Numbered from the stretch's first letter, positions 41,213-51,639 are shown. The stretch is 64,000 nt of DNA from an uncultured Candidatus Binatia bacterium (GCA_965242525.1 OZ251459.1:2528001-2592000); one strand, 5' to 3'. A program made the numbers and translations. The notes: generated from the sequence alone by a model not told the origin.

Positions 41213-42172
41213 TCAGGACAGTCGCACGAGGGAGGCGACGGGGTTGACCAGGCTCCTGTCTCGAACGTCGTCCATCACCCTGGTGCGCAGGGCCTGGTAG
41301 ATGCCATAGCCTCTGGACCCGGGACTTTCGTCCACGAACTCGGAGTTGGCGGCCACCAACAGGAGGGTTCCCGACAGCCGGTCGATGTCGTCGATGAACT
41401 CGCGCAGCAGCTCGTAGTGGTCCATGGCCATGGCCCGGGTGTAGTACCGCTTGCCGTCCCTGGGGTTGCGGGCCAGGGTGACGCGGGAGTTGTCCAGCAT
41501 GACGACGGTCCCGGCAAATCCAGCCAGGCGGACCCAGTGGAGGGCGGATTCGATGAAGTACCGGGCGGTGGTGCGGTTGATGCCGGTGTAGATGGAAAAG
41601 GGACGCACGCTGCTGACTCGCGTGTTGGCGCCGGTCAGCCAATCCAGTACGGGCTGGCCGTCGTACTCGCCGCGGTCACGAGTGTTTTCCATGAGGCAGA
41701 GTTGACTCATGGCCGCTCGGAAGTCCTTGGCCATCCGAGGGTTCTTGGAGACGCGCTCCTGTATTTCCGGGAGGATTGCCTGGAAGAAGAACCGCAAGTC
41801 GATGCCGTTGCGGTCGGCCACCGCGGCAAAGACGTTGCCGGACGCTCCGGGGTCCACGCCTTCGACCGCGTAACCCTTGTCGCCCGCCAGCCGCCGGATC
41901 AGCCGTCGGGCCAGTAGCCGCCAGTCCATGCGGCGAGCCAGCCCGAAGAAGAGGTCCTGCGGCATGTGCGCCCGCATGTCCGCGGCGTCCAGCGCCGCGA
42001 AGACGTAGTCCAGCTTCCGGCAGCGCTCGGCTACGGCTTCACGCAAGGCCGGTTTCAATTCGTCCTCGGTGACGGCGAACTTGACGGAGGCGCCGCCGTC
42101 CCTGACGAAAGCGGACAGGTACTCGCGGTCGATGTGCTGCAACCAGTCTCGCAGGGGGATGCGGTTCGCCAT
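41213..42172 (-). CDS. DUF2791/BrxD-like protein with a degenerate P-loop
   Basis: IDREYLSAFVRDGGASVKFAV, WLTG, GTVVMLDN, YELLREFIDD, YQALRTRV are BrxD-like segments; no GxxGxGK. Confidence 0.7.
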   Translation of the reverse strand: MANRIPLRDWLQHIDREYLSAFVRDGGASVKFAVTEDELKPALREAVAERCRKLDYVFAALDAADMRAHMPQDLFFGLARRMDWRLLARRLIRRLAGDKGYAVEGVDPGASGNVFAAVADRNGIDLRFFFQAILPEIQERVSKNPRMAKDFRAAMSQLCLMENTRDRGEYDGQPVLDWLTGANTRVSSVRPFSIYTGINRTTARYFIESALHWVRLAGFAGTVVMLDNSRVTLARNPRDGKRYYTRAMAMDHYELLREFIDDIDRLSGTLLLVAANSEFVDESPGSRGYGIYQALRTRVMDDVRDRSLVNPVASLVRLS

Positions 42173-42969
42173 CAGTCGCCCTCGGTAAACCGGAGTCCGT
42201 AGTACTGGACGTCGCGGCCGTCCGGTCCGACGAAGGAGAACACGCCCTTGGAGCGCCGTGTGCCGGTGGACGACGGGAAGGAGACGGCCGCGCCCTGTTT
42301 CGTGCGTTCAGGGCCTTTCGTGTCCAGGATATACAGGTCTCTGGCGAAGTCCGTGCGGTCGTATTCCCGGCTGCTGCCCGGCAAGGAGGTGAACAGCCGG
42401 TAGATCCTTTCCAGGGGCACGACCCGCCCTGCGGTCCTCACCAGGCGGTCCGGGTTCTCTTCCCTGACGATGTCCGAGTACACGGCGTAGAGGGACTCGA
42501 GGAAAGCGCCTGACTGGTAGCGGCCGGGCTTCTCCTGGTTCTTCAACAGGACGTCCGCCAAATAGGACGGTCTGATGGAGGAGACCTTCTTCCTGTCGAT
42601 CCTGACCGCGCGTTCGCCGGGCAGGATGCGCACCACGGAGGGATGGGAGATCAGCCGGTCGTCCCGCTCGTGCACGTCCAGGTTTCGCTCCGAGGCGATG
42701 CGGCGCAACTCGGCCGAGTATCCGTCCCTCAGGTACTGCTCTTCCTCGCCGTCCTGGAACGGCCAGGCCCGGACGGCGTTGGCCACGGTCTCCTCCAGGG
42801 AGCCCATCGCGCCGTCGAGCCTCCCCTGGGTCCTCTTCATGGCGGCAAGGTTCCCTTCCCTGGACGCCTTCTGCAACTGCTTGGCCAGCCGGATCAGTTC
42901 CCCGGCCGAATCCAGTGTCGATTTCGCAGCCCTCTCGGTATCGCTGAAGGCTTGTTCGAAGCTGTCCAT
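42172..42969 (-). CDS. Hypothetical protein, first gene of the DUF2791/SNF2 operon
   Basis: 265 aa, RBS GGGAG, TGATG coupling to the next gene, helical N-terminus. Confidence 0.8.
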   Translation of the reverse strand: MDSFEQAFSDTERAAKSTLDSAGELIRLAKQLQKASREGNLAAMKRTQGRLDGAMGSLEETVANAVRAWPFQDGEEEQYLRDGYSAELRRIASERNLDVHERDDRLISHPSVVRILPGERAVRIDRKKVSSIRPSYLADVLLKNQEKPGRYQSGAFLESLYAVYSDIVREENPDRLVRTAGRVVPLERIYRLFTSLPGSSREYDRTDFARDLYILDTKGPERTKQGAAVSFPSSTGTRRSKGVFSFVGPDGRDVQYYGLRFTEGD

Positions 42970-43051
42970 TCCATGCTCCCGGAGGTTCCGCGTCGGTTTC
43001 GGCTCGTGGTTGGCCTTTCTGCCTGTCCCGCCTGTCGTGCAGGCCGGTTTC

Positions 43052-43114
43052 GGAAACCCTGAAAGATCGTCCCCGTTCGTTCCGAGCGCAGCGAAGTCGA
43101 AGGACGCGCTTTCC
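43052..43114. repeat. Partial MITE-A copy
   Basis: ggaaaccctgaaagatc...ccgttcgttccgagcgcagcgaagtcgaaggacgcg. Confidence 0.65.
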
Positions 43115-43431
43115 CACGGGGAGAGACGCCTCGAGCCGGGAGGGGCCGGGATTGCCCAGAGCTTCCTTTCTTGAATAACACGGGATAGCCGTCAATGCAT
43201 CACCGCGTCAAGGGATCGGCCCTCGACCCGGCAGCCGCGGCTTCCGGTTCGATGCGCCGACCCCGGCGCGCGACGCCCCGAGGGGTTGAACGAGGCGGCG
43301 AAGCAAGGCTAAATGGAGACCATGCAGTCCGGATTCCGTCAGCGGGCGTGGGTCCGTCCGGGTCGCTGACGGTCGAGGGGGGCCGAAAACGGGACCGCAA
43401 TTCGCGGGCGTCCACGAAGAAAGGGCGGCAC

Positions 43432-43863
43432 ATGGCGCGTCTGAGACACATCGCAATCGCAACCAGGGACCCGGAGAAGACCGCGGCCTTCTACCAGAAG
43501 GTCTTCGGTCTCAAGTTCGTCAAGCGGGTGCCCGCGTCGCCCCGCGGGAGCGGCGTGTTCCTCTCGGACGGACACGTCAACTTCGCCTTCCTGGACTATC
43601 CTTCCGACGAGGCCGCGGACATGGCGGGCGGGGCCGCGTACGAAGGGCTCCACCACATGGGTTTCCACGTGGACAGCCTCGAAGAGGCCAACGCCCGGTT
43701 GGGCGAGACCGAGGCGGAGGTGCTGGGCGACGAGGTGGGACCGCACGACAGCTTCTACTTCGAGCAGAAGGTGCGGGGACCCAACGGGGTCATCATGGAC
43801 ATCTCCACCAGGGGATGGGACATGGAGCCGCCGGGACCCGATCCTGCGGCCAAGAAGGGTTGA
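43432..43863 (+). CDS. VOC/glyoxalase family protein
   Basis: LRHIAIATRDPEKTAAFY, GLHHMGFHV, GPNGVIMDI. Confidence 0.88.
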   Translation: MARLRHIAIATRDPEKTAAFYQKVFGLKFVKRVPASPRGSGVFLSDGHVNFAFLDYPSDEAADMAGGAAYEGLHHMGFHVDSLEEANARLGETEAEVLGDEVGPHDSFYFEQKVRGPNGVIMDISTRGWDMEPPGPDPAAKKG

Positions 43864-43929
43864 TCTTGTTCTGTCCCTTGCACATGGAGTGCAGCTTCGG
43901 ATCGTCCTCGTACCTGAAGGCGAGGACCG

Positions 43930-44598
43930 TCATGCCCAGATATCGTCCCTGGACTCCCAACGTTCCCTTACTGTGTGGAACCGGTCGATCCTCCCCTGGA
44001 TCTTGAGGACCTCCCTTGGATAGAACTCGATCATCGTCTTGCACAACTGCAACATCCATTTCTTCCGTGAATACCCGTCGATCACGCGAATATCGTTGGA
44101 ATTCGCGATCTGGATCTGGCCCCAGCCGAGTGCGCCGATGGTAAGGCAATCCCAGTCCAGGAATTCGATCGGAAAGAACAGAACTTCCGAGGCAGAGGCC
44201 CTTGTGCCTTCCATCGAGTACCTGATAATGAGCAACGAGAAGACATTGGCGTCGGATTCATAGAATCGCGCCAGCCGTTCTACCGATGTGAGATTGGGCA
44301 TATTGAATCGGGTGTCTTCCCTGTGCGTCTTGACGTCTACGATGGAGTAGATGCCCTGCCTGTCGGTGAACGCCAAATCCACCATGGCGCGGCGAGCGAA
44401 GTCCTTCGAGTACTCGCTGCACCAGTCTCCAAGAAGTTCATCGAACCGCTCTGCTACGAGTAATTCCAGCGCGTCGCCAACCGCTCTTGGGCTTCCTGCC
44501 GTTTGCGGTGAAAGGAAACCCTGTGACGAATTGATGTACTCCTTGACGGTCGAGGCCACCTTTCGATGGTGACCCTCGTAGTAGAAGCCTGACCTCAT
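43930..44598 (-). CDS. Putative Type II restriction endonuclease (PD-(D/E)xK)
   Basis: GDALE...VDLAFTD...VDVKT; ATGA-coupled to the methyltransferase; lower GC. Confidence 0.65.
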   Translation of the reverse strand: MRSGFYYEGHHRKVASTVKEYINSSQGFLSPQTAGSPRAVGDALELLVAERFDELLGDWCSEYSKDFARRAMVDLAFTDRQGIYSIVDVKTHREDTRFNMPNLTSVERLARFYESDANVFSLLIIRYSMEGTRASASEVLFFPIEFLDWDCLTIGALGWGQIQIANSNDIRVIDGYSRKKWMLQLCKTMIEFYPREVLKIQGRIDRFHTVRERWESRDDIWA

Positions 44599-45569
44599 GA
44601 AAACAGATCGCCTTGCCGGGTGGCCGAATGGGTCCTGTCGGGTTGGGCAGTGGGGGTATTCCTTTCCCGGAACGTACCGCCGGCATATCCCTGGATGGCC
44701 GGGTTTTTCCTGGCGGCAGCGATGCGTTTCAGCGTCCAGCACAGGTACTCGTCGTTGATGTCCACTCCACACCAACGTCTTGACAACTTTTCCGCCACGA
44801 CCGCGGTGGTTCCACTCCCAAGAAAAGGATCGAACACGAAACCCCCCTTCTTCGAGCTCGCCAGTATCAATTTCGCCATCAGCTTCTCGGGTTTCTGTGT
44901 GGGATGGTCCGTATTTTCCGGCATCGACCAGAAGGGAATCGTCAGGTCGGTCCAGATGTTCGACGGATGGGTCAGGCGATAATCGCCGTCCTCTTCCCGT
45001 CGCCAATCCTTCGGTTCTCCTTCGAACGTGTAAGGAGCGAGGACCTTGCGTTTCACTTTCACCGCCTCAACGTCAAAATAATAGCGGTTCGACTTCGTGC
45101 AGAACCAGATGTCCTCCGTGTTGTTCTTCCAGTTCATCCTTGCTCCACGCCCTTTCTCCCGCTCCCAGGTAATGCGGTTCCGCACATGGAACCTCGACTC
45201 CAGGACCGGGAATATCAACGTGGATGTCTTCCAGTCCGAGCACACGTAGATCGTGGCGTCAGGCTTCATGGTCGGCGCCAGCAAATCGACGAGATCCTGG
45301 AACCAGGAACGATACCCGGTTCCGTCTTTCGTTCGGAAGCGGGTTCCGTTGAAGTTCTTCGACAGGTTGTATGGCGGGTCCAGGATCAGAAGATCGACGA
45401 ATTCCGGGGGAAGGAATTTCGAGACGTCGAAGATGTCCCCTGCGACCAGCCGGCCTTCGATATCCTGGGGGATGACCGCCGTTCCGACTCGCATGACGTC
45501 CCGAGACAGTCGGGCGGTCTCCTCATCCGTACATGAAAGCGTCCGGTTCCTGGGAGCGCGTTTCCGCAT
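44595..45569 (-). CDS. N6/N4 DNA methyltransferase (beta class)
   Basis: LDPPYN, HPTQKP, DPFLGSGTT. Confidence 0.92.
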   Translation of the reverse strand: MRKRAPRNRTLSCTDEETARLSRDVMRVGTAVIPQDIEGRLVAGDIFDVSKFLPPEFVDLLILDPPYNLSKNFNGTRFRTKDGTGYRSWFQDLVDLLAPTMKPDATIYVCSDWKTSTLIFPVLESRFHVRNRITWEREKGRGARMNWKNNTEDIWFCTKSNRYYFDVEAVKVKRKVLAPYTFEGEPKDWRREEDGDYRLTHPSNIWTDLTIPFWSMPENTDHPTQKPEKLMAKLILASSKKGGFVFDPFLGSGTTAVVAEKLSRRWCGVDINDEYLCWTLKRIAAARKNPAIQGYAGGTFRERNTPTAQPDRTHSATRQGDLFS

Positions 45570-45623
45570 GTGAACCGCCTCGTCGGGACGCTGCTCGATC
45601 GGACGAAAGGGAGCAGCAGAAAG

Positions 45624-45669
45624 GCAAGGGGGGCCTGCCGCCGCTGCCGCGGAAGCACGCCCCCCTTGC
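45624..45669 (-). terminator. Hairpin gcaagggggg...ccccccttgc downstream of the SBP gene
   Basis: ~11-bp inverted repeat with a short T run. Confidence 0.4.
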
Positions 45670-45694
45670 TACGTGTGAGCCAAGACGCCCTCTA

Positions 45695-47224
45695 CTACTT
45701 GACGCTGATGTCCATGCCGTAGATGCGGGCGTCGGCCGGGGGTTGATAGTCGATGTTGCTGGCCATGCCCCACAGCAACTGGTGCCGCCACATGAAGCAG
45801 GCGGGGGCCATGTCCGTAATGAGCTCCATGGCCGTGGTGAGGTGCCGGTTCCGTTCTTCGGGGTCGAAGCTCTGCTGCTCCGCGTCCAGGGCCGCGTCCA
45901 GGGTCGGGTCGGAGAAGCCGATGCGCGGGGAGCCGCCCTTACGGAAGTACTGGTGGAACGCCGAGCTCGGGTCGAGCACGCCGCCCCGGCCCATGTAGAA
46001 GAACGGCACCCTGCCCTTCTGCACGTTGGCCCAGAGCGTGGGCCACTCCGGCGTCAGCAGCTTGGCCTTGAAGCCCGCGGCGTTGAGCATGGGGATCATG
46101 GCCTCGGTCACCTGCTTGTCCAGAGTGTAGCGGTTGACCGGGGTTTGCAGCTCCACCGACACCCCGTCGGGGTAGCCGGCCTTGGCCAGCAGCTCCCGCG
46201 ACTTCTTGGGGTCATAGGTGTAGCGGGTCTTCAGGTCCGGGTTGTACCCCAACTGCCCCGGACCCAGGGGGCCGTCGAGACGGTTGGCCTGGCCCTGGAG
46301 CAGGGTCTTGATGATCTTGTCCCGGTCGATGGCATGGCACACCGCCTGGCGGGCTTCCTTCTTGTCGAAGGGCGGCTTGGGCTGCATGGCCAGGAACATG
46401 ATCTCGATGGAGTCGGTGGGGACGATCTTGTGGTTCGGGGAGCCGTCCACCGTCTTGTACAGGTGCGGCGGGATGAACTGGGCGATCTGCACCTCGTTGT
46501 TCATGAGGGCCGCGACGCGCTGCTCGGGCTCGCGCATGACCCGGAACACGATCTCGTCGGGCGCGTTGGGGTTCAGCTTGGCGGCCGGGTGGTCGGGCCG
46601 TTTCTCGATGACCATCCGCTGTCCCGGCACCAGCTCGGCCAGGGCGTAGGGTCCGCCGCCCATCATGCGGTTCTTGTCGGCTTCCTTGGCCCCGTGCTTG
46701 TCATAGGTGGCCTTGCTGGTGATGATGAGGCCGTCGCAGAGGAAGTCCAGCAGCGGCGCGGTGGGTTTCTTGGTGGTGATCCGCACCGTGAACTCGTCCA
46801 CCGCGGTGGCCTCCTTGACGGGCCGGGCCACCGATGCCTTCTGCTTGCTCTGGGGGTCGTTGAGTACGCGCCAGAGCGAGTGCACCACGTCTTCCGCGGT
46901 CACCGGGCTGCCGTCGTTGAACTTGTACTCCTGGTCCAGCACGAACACCCAGTTGTTGGGGTCTTCGACCTTCCAGCTCTTCGCCAGCCCCGGCTCCCAC
47001 CGGGCCTTCTTCCAGTTATACTTGCACAGGGGGCCGGTGATCTCGGTCCAGATGCCGTAGAGCAGCGCGACGCTGTCCCCGTACGGGTTGGCGGTCTCCA
47101 TGGTCTCGGTGACGCCGATGCTGACCCGGGTCTTCTCCTGCGCCAGCGACACCGTGGCCGTCAGGCCCAGGGCGAGGCCTGCGGCGACCAGTGTCAGGAT
47201 CGTGGTTCGTATGCGATTCGTCAT
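45695..47224 (-). CDS. ABC transporter substrate-binding protein family 5 (peptide/nickel)
   Basis: PGLAKSW, FNDGSPVTAEDV, GGPY, RQAVCHAIDR, YDPKKSRELLAKAGY. Confidence 0.9.
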   Translation of the reverse strand: MTNRIRTTILTLVAAGLALGLTATVSLAQEKTRVSIGVTETMETANPYGDSVALLYGIWTEITGPLCKYNWKKARWEPGLAKSWKVEDPNNWVFVLDQEYKFNDGSPVTAEDVVHSLWRVLNDPQSKQKASVARPVKEATAVDEFTVRITTKKPTAPLLDFLCDGLIITSKATYDKHGAKEADKNRMMGGGPYALAELVPGQRMVIEKRPDHPAAKLNPNAPDEIVFRVMREPEQRVAALMNNEVQIAQFIPPHLYKTVDGSPNHKIVPTDSIEIMFLAMQPKPPFDKKEARQAVCHAIDRDKIIKTLLQGQANRLDGPLGPGQLGYNPDLKTRYTYDPKKSRELLAKAGYPDGVSVELQTPVNRYTLDKQVTEAMIPMLNAAGFKAKLLTPEWPTLWANVQKGRVPFFYMGRGGVLDPSSAFHQYFRKGGSPRIGFSDPTLDAALDAEQQSFDPEERNRHLTTAMELITDMAPACFMWRHQLLWGMASNIDYQPPADARIYGMDISVK

Positions 47225-47450
47225 TTCGTCTCCCTTCCGAATGGCGTTGCGGCGGCGCCTGCTGTGATGCCGGTAGATGATCCGCGCTTCTATCAACGCC
47301 GCGGGGCCTTGTCAACCGCGTTGCGGGGTCGGGGCGCGGCCGTGCGGGAGGGCTTCGGCTCCCGCCTTCGGCGCGTCCGCGGTCCTGGGACGGCCGCGGC
47401 GGCGCGGGTGAGGCGCAGGGCAGGACGAGGAACGGCGCAGGCCGGCGATG

Positions 47451-47480
47451 TTGACAGCCGAGGCTTTTATCCAATAGTCT
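47451..47480 (+). promoter_or_regulatory. Sigma70-like promoter (TTGACA-N18-TAGTCT)
   Basis: Upstream of the amidohydrolase gene. Confidence 0.45.
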
Positions 47481-47561
47481 GTCGTTTCGACCGGGCCGCG
47501 AACCGGGACCGCCCCGGGCCTTCCGGGCGCGGATAACCACAGGATCACAGGAGGAGTTCCA

Positions 47562-48668
47562 ATGAGCAAGATCGACGTCGTGGATGCGGACTCCCACGTC
47601 ATGGAAGTGCCGGAGACCTGGGATTACCTGGAGGACGAGTTCCGGCACAGAAGGCCGGTGGTGGTGCAGGGGGAGGGACTGGCCACCAACTCCCACATCG
47701 ACGCGTGGTGGCTCATCGACGGCCAGATCCATCCCCGGTTGTGGGGACCCGGCACCACCTTCAGCGGCACGCCGCTGGAGATGAAGTTCGCCCGGGACAA
47801 GATATTCAACGTCGGCAGCCAGAGCATGACCGACATCGACGCCCGCATCAAGGACCTGGACGCCTTCGGCATCGACATCCAGGTGGTCTTCTCCTCCATC
47901 CTGTTCCATCGCCTGACCGAGGACCCCAGGTTCGAGGCCGCGTTGATGCGGAGCTACAACACCTGGGTCTCCCAGCGTTGCAGCGAGCGGCCCGAGCGCC
48001 TGAAGTGGTCCGCGGTGATCCCCATGCGGGACCGCGAAGCCTGCGTGGCCGAGGTCCACCGGGCCCGGGAACTCGGCGCCGTGGGTCTGATGATCGGCGG
48101 CACCGCGGGCCAGACCCTGCTGCACCATCCGGACCTTTCGCCGTTCTTTGCCGCGGCCTGCGAAGTCGATCTGCCGGTGTGCGTGCACACGGGCTGGAGC
48201 GCGCCGGGCCTGACCCAGACCTGCGAGGACCCCTACTCGGCGTTGCTCCTGAGCTTCACACTGCCCGTGCTCATGGGGTTCTTCAGCGTCCTGGCCGGCG
48301 GCGTCCTCGACCGCTTCCCGAAGCTCCGGGTCGCCTTCCTGGAGGCGGGCTCCGAATGGATCCCCTACATGGTCGGACGGATGGACCACTACCATCCGGT
48401 GGTGGAGATGCTGGGGAACCGCTCCCGGAAGCTGCCCAGCGAGTACCTGAAGGAAGGCCGGGTTTACGTCACCTGCGAAGCGGAGGAGCCGCTCCTGCCC
48501 CACGTCATCGACCTTGTGGGGGAGGACCAGATCCTGATCGAGGGCGACATCCCCCATTCCGAGGCGCGTGAGACGGGCATCCAGGAGATCCGGGACCGCA
48601 CCGACCTCTCGGACGCGGTCAAGCAGAAGATCCTGCGCGAGAACGGCCTCGCGTTCTACAACCTGTGA
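47562..48668 (+). CDS. Amidohydrolase_2 family protein
   Basis: DADSHVME, YNTW, VCVHTG, FPKLRVAFLEAG, GDIPH. Confidence 0.9.
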   Translation: MSKIDVVDADSHVMEVPETWDYLEDEFRHRRPVVVQGEGLATNSHIDAWWLIDGQIHPRLWGPGTTFSGTPLEMKFARDKIFNVGSQSMTDIDARIKDLDAFGIDIQVVFSSILFHRLTEDPRFEAALMRSYNTWVSQRCSERPERLKWSAVIPMRDREACVAEVHRARELGAVGLMIGGTAGQTLLHHPDLSPFFAAACEVDLPVCVHTGWSAPGLTQTCEDPYSALLLSFTLPVLMGFFSVLAGGVLDRFPKLRVAFLEAGSEWIPYMVGRMDHYHPVVEMLGNRSRKLPSEYLKEGRVYVTCEAEEPLLPHVIDLVGEDQILIEGDIPHSEARETGIQEIRDRTDLSDAVKQKILRENGLAFYNL

Positions 48669-48743
48669 CGCGCGCCAGAGGCCGCAGAACCGCTTCGGGT
48701 CGTCCGCCGGTATCTTCTCGATGACCCGGGACGGGACGCTGCC

Positions 48744-49724
48744 CTACGGTTTCAGGGCCTCCCGTATCGCGTCCGCCTCCCGGTCCACCAGGGTCATGAG
48801 ACCCTCGTAGGCGGCGCGCGCGACTGCCGCAGGGCCGGGGTTGACGGCCGTGCCGCTGTTCCTGGCCCAGTTCCGGTAGTCCGCGTCGTCCATGGCCTTG
48901 ACCACGATCTCTTCCAGCTTCGCGGCCCGGTCACGGGGAACGCCCGGAGGGATGGCCACGAGCCGCAGGATCTCGTTCACGAAGTCGATGCCGAGCTCCC
49001 GGGCGGTGGGCGTGTCCGGGCATGCCCACGAGCGCTTCACGCCCAGGTGGACGATGCAACGGATGTCGCCGTCCCGGGCCAGCGGCCCCACGGTGGAGTG
49101 CTCGCTGGGGTTGAGCCAGGTGATGAAGTCGCCGCGCATCAACGCGGGCACGCTGTCCCCGGTGCCTCGATAACCCGTTACCAGGTCGAACCGGAGCCCC
49201 AGGGTCCTCGCCGACAGGAAGCTGGGCAGCCACCGCCCGGTCCCGACCCCTTCGGAGCCCCAAGTGAGCCGGGAGAGTCCCTTGAGGTCGTCCAGGGTCT
49301 CGTGGGGCGACTTGCCGCTCACGAACAGGGTGTAGGGCTCGTTGCCCATCCGGGCGATGTACTCGAACTGGTTCAGGTCGTAGATGGTCTTCCCGGTCCC
49401 GGACAGGACCTGGGGAGTCACCAGCCCCAGCATGTCCAGCACCCCCACCGTGTGCCCGTCCGGCTTGGCCCGGTACAGGCTCACCGCCCCGCGCCTGCCG
49501 CCGGCGCCGGTGACGTTCTTGACGATGACCCGGATGCCCTCGGGCAGTTGCTTGTCGATGCTGCGGGCCAGGGCGCGGCTCATGGCGTCGTAGCCGCCGC
49601 CCGGCGGGAACTGCACGATCCACGTCAGGTCCCTGCTCGGAAAGTCGGCTCGGGCCGGCCCGGCCGCGGCGCCGAGAACCAGCAAGGCCAGGAACGTCGT
49701 TGTCGTCCGCAGGATGGTCTTCAT
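48744..49724 (-). CDS. tctC: TctC/Bug substrate-binding protein
   Basis: FPPGGGYD, NVTGAGG, PDGHT, PDTPT, PPGVP. Confidence 0.88.
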   Translation of the reverse strand: MKTILRTTTTFLALLVLGAAAGPARADFPSRDLTWIVQFPPGGGYDAMSRALARSIDKQLPEGIRVIVKNVTGAGGRRGAVSLYRAKPDGHTVGVLDMLGLVTPQVLSGTGKTIYDLNQFEYIARMGNEPYTLFVSGKSPHETLDDLKGLSRLTWGSEGVGTGRWLPSFLSARTLGLRFDLVTGYRGTGDSVPALMRGDFITWLNPSEHSTVGPLARDGDIRCIVHLGVKRSWACPDTPTARELGIDFVNEILRLVAIPPGVPRDRAAKLEEIVVKAMDDADYRNWARNSGTAVNPGPAAVARAAYEGLMTLVDREADAIREALKP

Positions 49725-49752
49725 GGGCTCCTCCGTTCTGCCGGTCCCGTCG

Positions 49753-50640
49753 TCAGGCCTCCGCCTCGACGCGCAACTCCATCACGCCGATCTTCTCGAT
49801 CTCTCCCCGGAGCCGGTCGCCGTCCCGAAGCGTGTGCACCCCGGCCGGCGTCCCGGTGGTGATGAGGTCGCCCGGCCGGAGGGTCGCCACGCTCGACAGG
49901 AACCGGATGTGGTCCCGGACTCCGCAGATCATGTCGCCGGTATGCGCGGTCATCACCTGCTCGCCGTTGTGCCACGCGGTGAGCGAGAGGTCCTGCGGCT
50001 CGGGGATCTCGTCCCTGGTGACGATCCAGGGTCCCAGGGGACTGAAGGTGTCGAAGCCCTTGCGGACGTTGCGGGTGTTGTGCTTGCCGCGCCCCCAGGG
50101 GTCCCGCTGGCTGATGTCCCAGCAGATGGTGTAGCCGAAGACGTGGTCCAGCGCCTGCTCCTCGGTCACCTTGCGGGTCACCTTGCCGATGACCACGCAG
50201 AGCTCGCACTCGAAGTCCACGTCGTGGGACACCTTGGGGATGACAACGGCGCCGCCGGGTCCGATGATGGACGAGACCGGCTTCAGGAAGTCCTGCGACA
50301 TGTGGTCGTCCTTGTCCGGCAACTCCTGGGCGCCGCTCCCCATCCGGGTCTCCATCTCCTTGCGGTGATCCATGTAGTTGGCGGCCGCGGCCCAGAGGGA
50401 CGTGGGGTTGTCGATGGGCGCTCGAAGCGTCACCCGGTCCAGTGGCGTGGCGTCCCCGGACCGGATGCACTCCTCGGCGCAGGGCCGGGCCGCGGGGTTT
50501 CCCGCCAGCGCCTCGATGACCTGGACCATGGTGTAATCGGCCTTGAGCAGGCCCGCGGCGACCATCGCCGCTCCGATGGGATAGACTTGGTCGTCCACCA
50601 CCGCCCCGGCCTGCTTCGCGTCGTAAGTGCAAACCTTCAT
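49753..50640 (-). CDS. Fumarylacetoacetate hydrolase family protein
   Basis: NYMDH, DFECEL, DISQRD, KGFDTFSPLGP, LRPGDLITTGTPAGV. Confidence 0.92.
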   Translation of the reverse strand: MKVCTYDAKQAGAVVDDQVYPIGAAMVAAGLLKADYTMVQVIEALAGNPAARPCAEECIRSGDATPLDRVTLRAPIDNPTSLWAAAANYMDHRKEMETRMGSGAQELPDKDDHMSQDFLKPVSSIIGPGGAVVIPKVSHDVDFECELCVVIGKVTRKVTEEQALDHVFGYTICWDISQRDPWGRGKHNTRNVRKGFDTFSPLGPWIVTRDEIPEPQDLSLTAWHNGEQVMTAHTGDMICGVRDHIRFLSSVATLRPGDLITTGTPAGVHTLRDGDRLRGEIEKIGVMELRVEAEA

Positions 50641-50823
50641 GCTTCGCCTCCCTCCGCCTTGGCGTCCCCGAGCCTCGGGACGCTCCATGGTGCCTTATAC
50701 CACAACGGACCCGGACTGGCATCTTCCTTGCCCGAATCTTCCTGCTTGACAGCGGCGCGGAAATGTCGGATTTCCTGGTAAGCCGCGGCGAGCCGCGGCA
50801 GCCGACCCCGCGGAGGTGGAGCC

Positions 50824-51639
50824 ATGCCAACGCGCATCCGACACGTGGCCCTCTACACGGAGAACTGGGACCGGATGGCCCGTTTCTACCGGACGGTCTT
50901 CGGGATGAAGAAGATCACCACCGGGATGACCGACGAGAAGGGGAACTACAACCCGAACCGGGGCCACGTCAGCGATGGGGTCGTCGGCTTCGCCATGCTG
51001 CAGAAGCATCCGGGGAACCAGTCCGGGCTGGACCACTTCGGTTTCGAGGTGGAGGAAATACCGGTGGTGCTGGAGCGGATGCGCCGCGGCTACCCGGACC
51101 TGCTGGTGGCCAGGAGCCTGCCCCACGTGCCGTTCTCGGTTTCCCGCGGCACCGATCCCTGCGGCGCGCAGTTCGACGTCTCCCGGAAGGGCGCCGCCAA
51201 GGTCCGGGAGGGGTACCTGGAGGAGGGCTGGATCCAGCCGCGCCGGCTAGGCCACGTCTCCATCCGCTCCAGGACCCCGGAACGGGTGGCCGAGTTCTAC
51301 CACCGCGTGTTCGACCTCGACGTGGGCGAAGCGCCGGCGCCGGACGGCAGCTTCCGGGTCACCGACGGCACGGTGGACCTGCTGGTGCGCCCCTGCGACA
51401 ACGCGCTGTACCGCGGCATGCGCGAAGGGCTCGACCACATCGGCTTCCTGGTCGAGGACCTGGAGCGGACCCGGAAGGACATCGAGGCCCTGGGCGAAGC
51501 CGCTCCGGAAGCCGCCCCCGCCAACCTGGACGCGGGCCGTTTCGGCCCCATGACCCGGGCCGACCTGGAAGGCTGCATCATCGGCCAGTACGCCATGGCC
51601 GACCCCGACGGCATCCTGCTCGACCTCTCCGAGCCGTGA
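50824..51639 (+). CDS. Two-domain VOC family protein
   Basis: IRHVAL...GLDHFGFEV and LGHVSI...GLDHIGFLV, DPDG. Confidence 0.85.
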   Translation: MPTRIRHVALYTENWDRMARFYRTVFGMKKITTGMTDEKGNYNPNRGHVSDGVVGFAMLQKHPGNQSGLDHFGFEVEEIPVVLERMRRGYPDLLVARSLPHVPFSVSRGTDPCGAQFDVSRKGAAKVREGYLEEGWIQPRRLGHVSIRSRTPERVAEFYHRVFDLDVGEAPAPDGSFRVTDGTVDLLVRPCDNALYRGMREGLDHIGFLVEDLERTRKDIEALGEAAPEAAPANLDAGRFGPMTRADLEGCIIGQYAMADPDGILLDLSEP

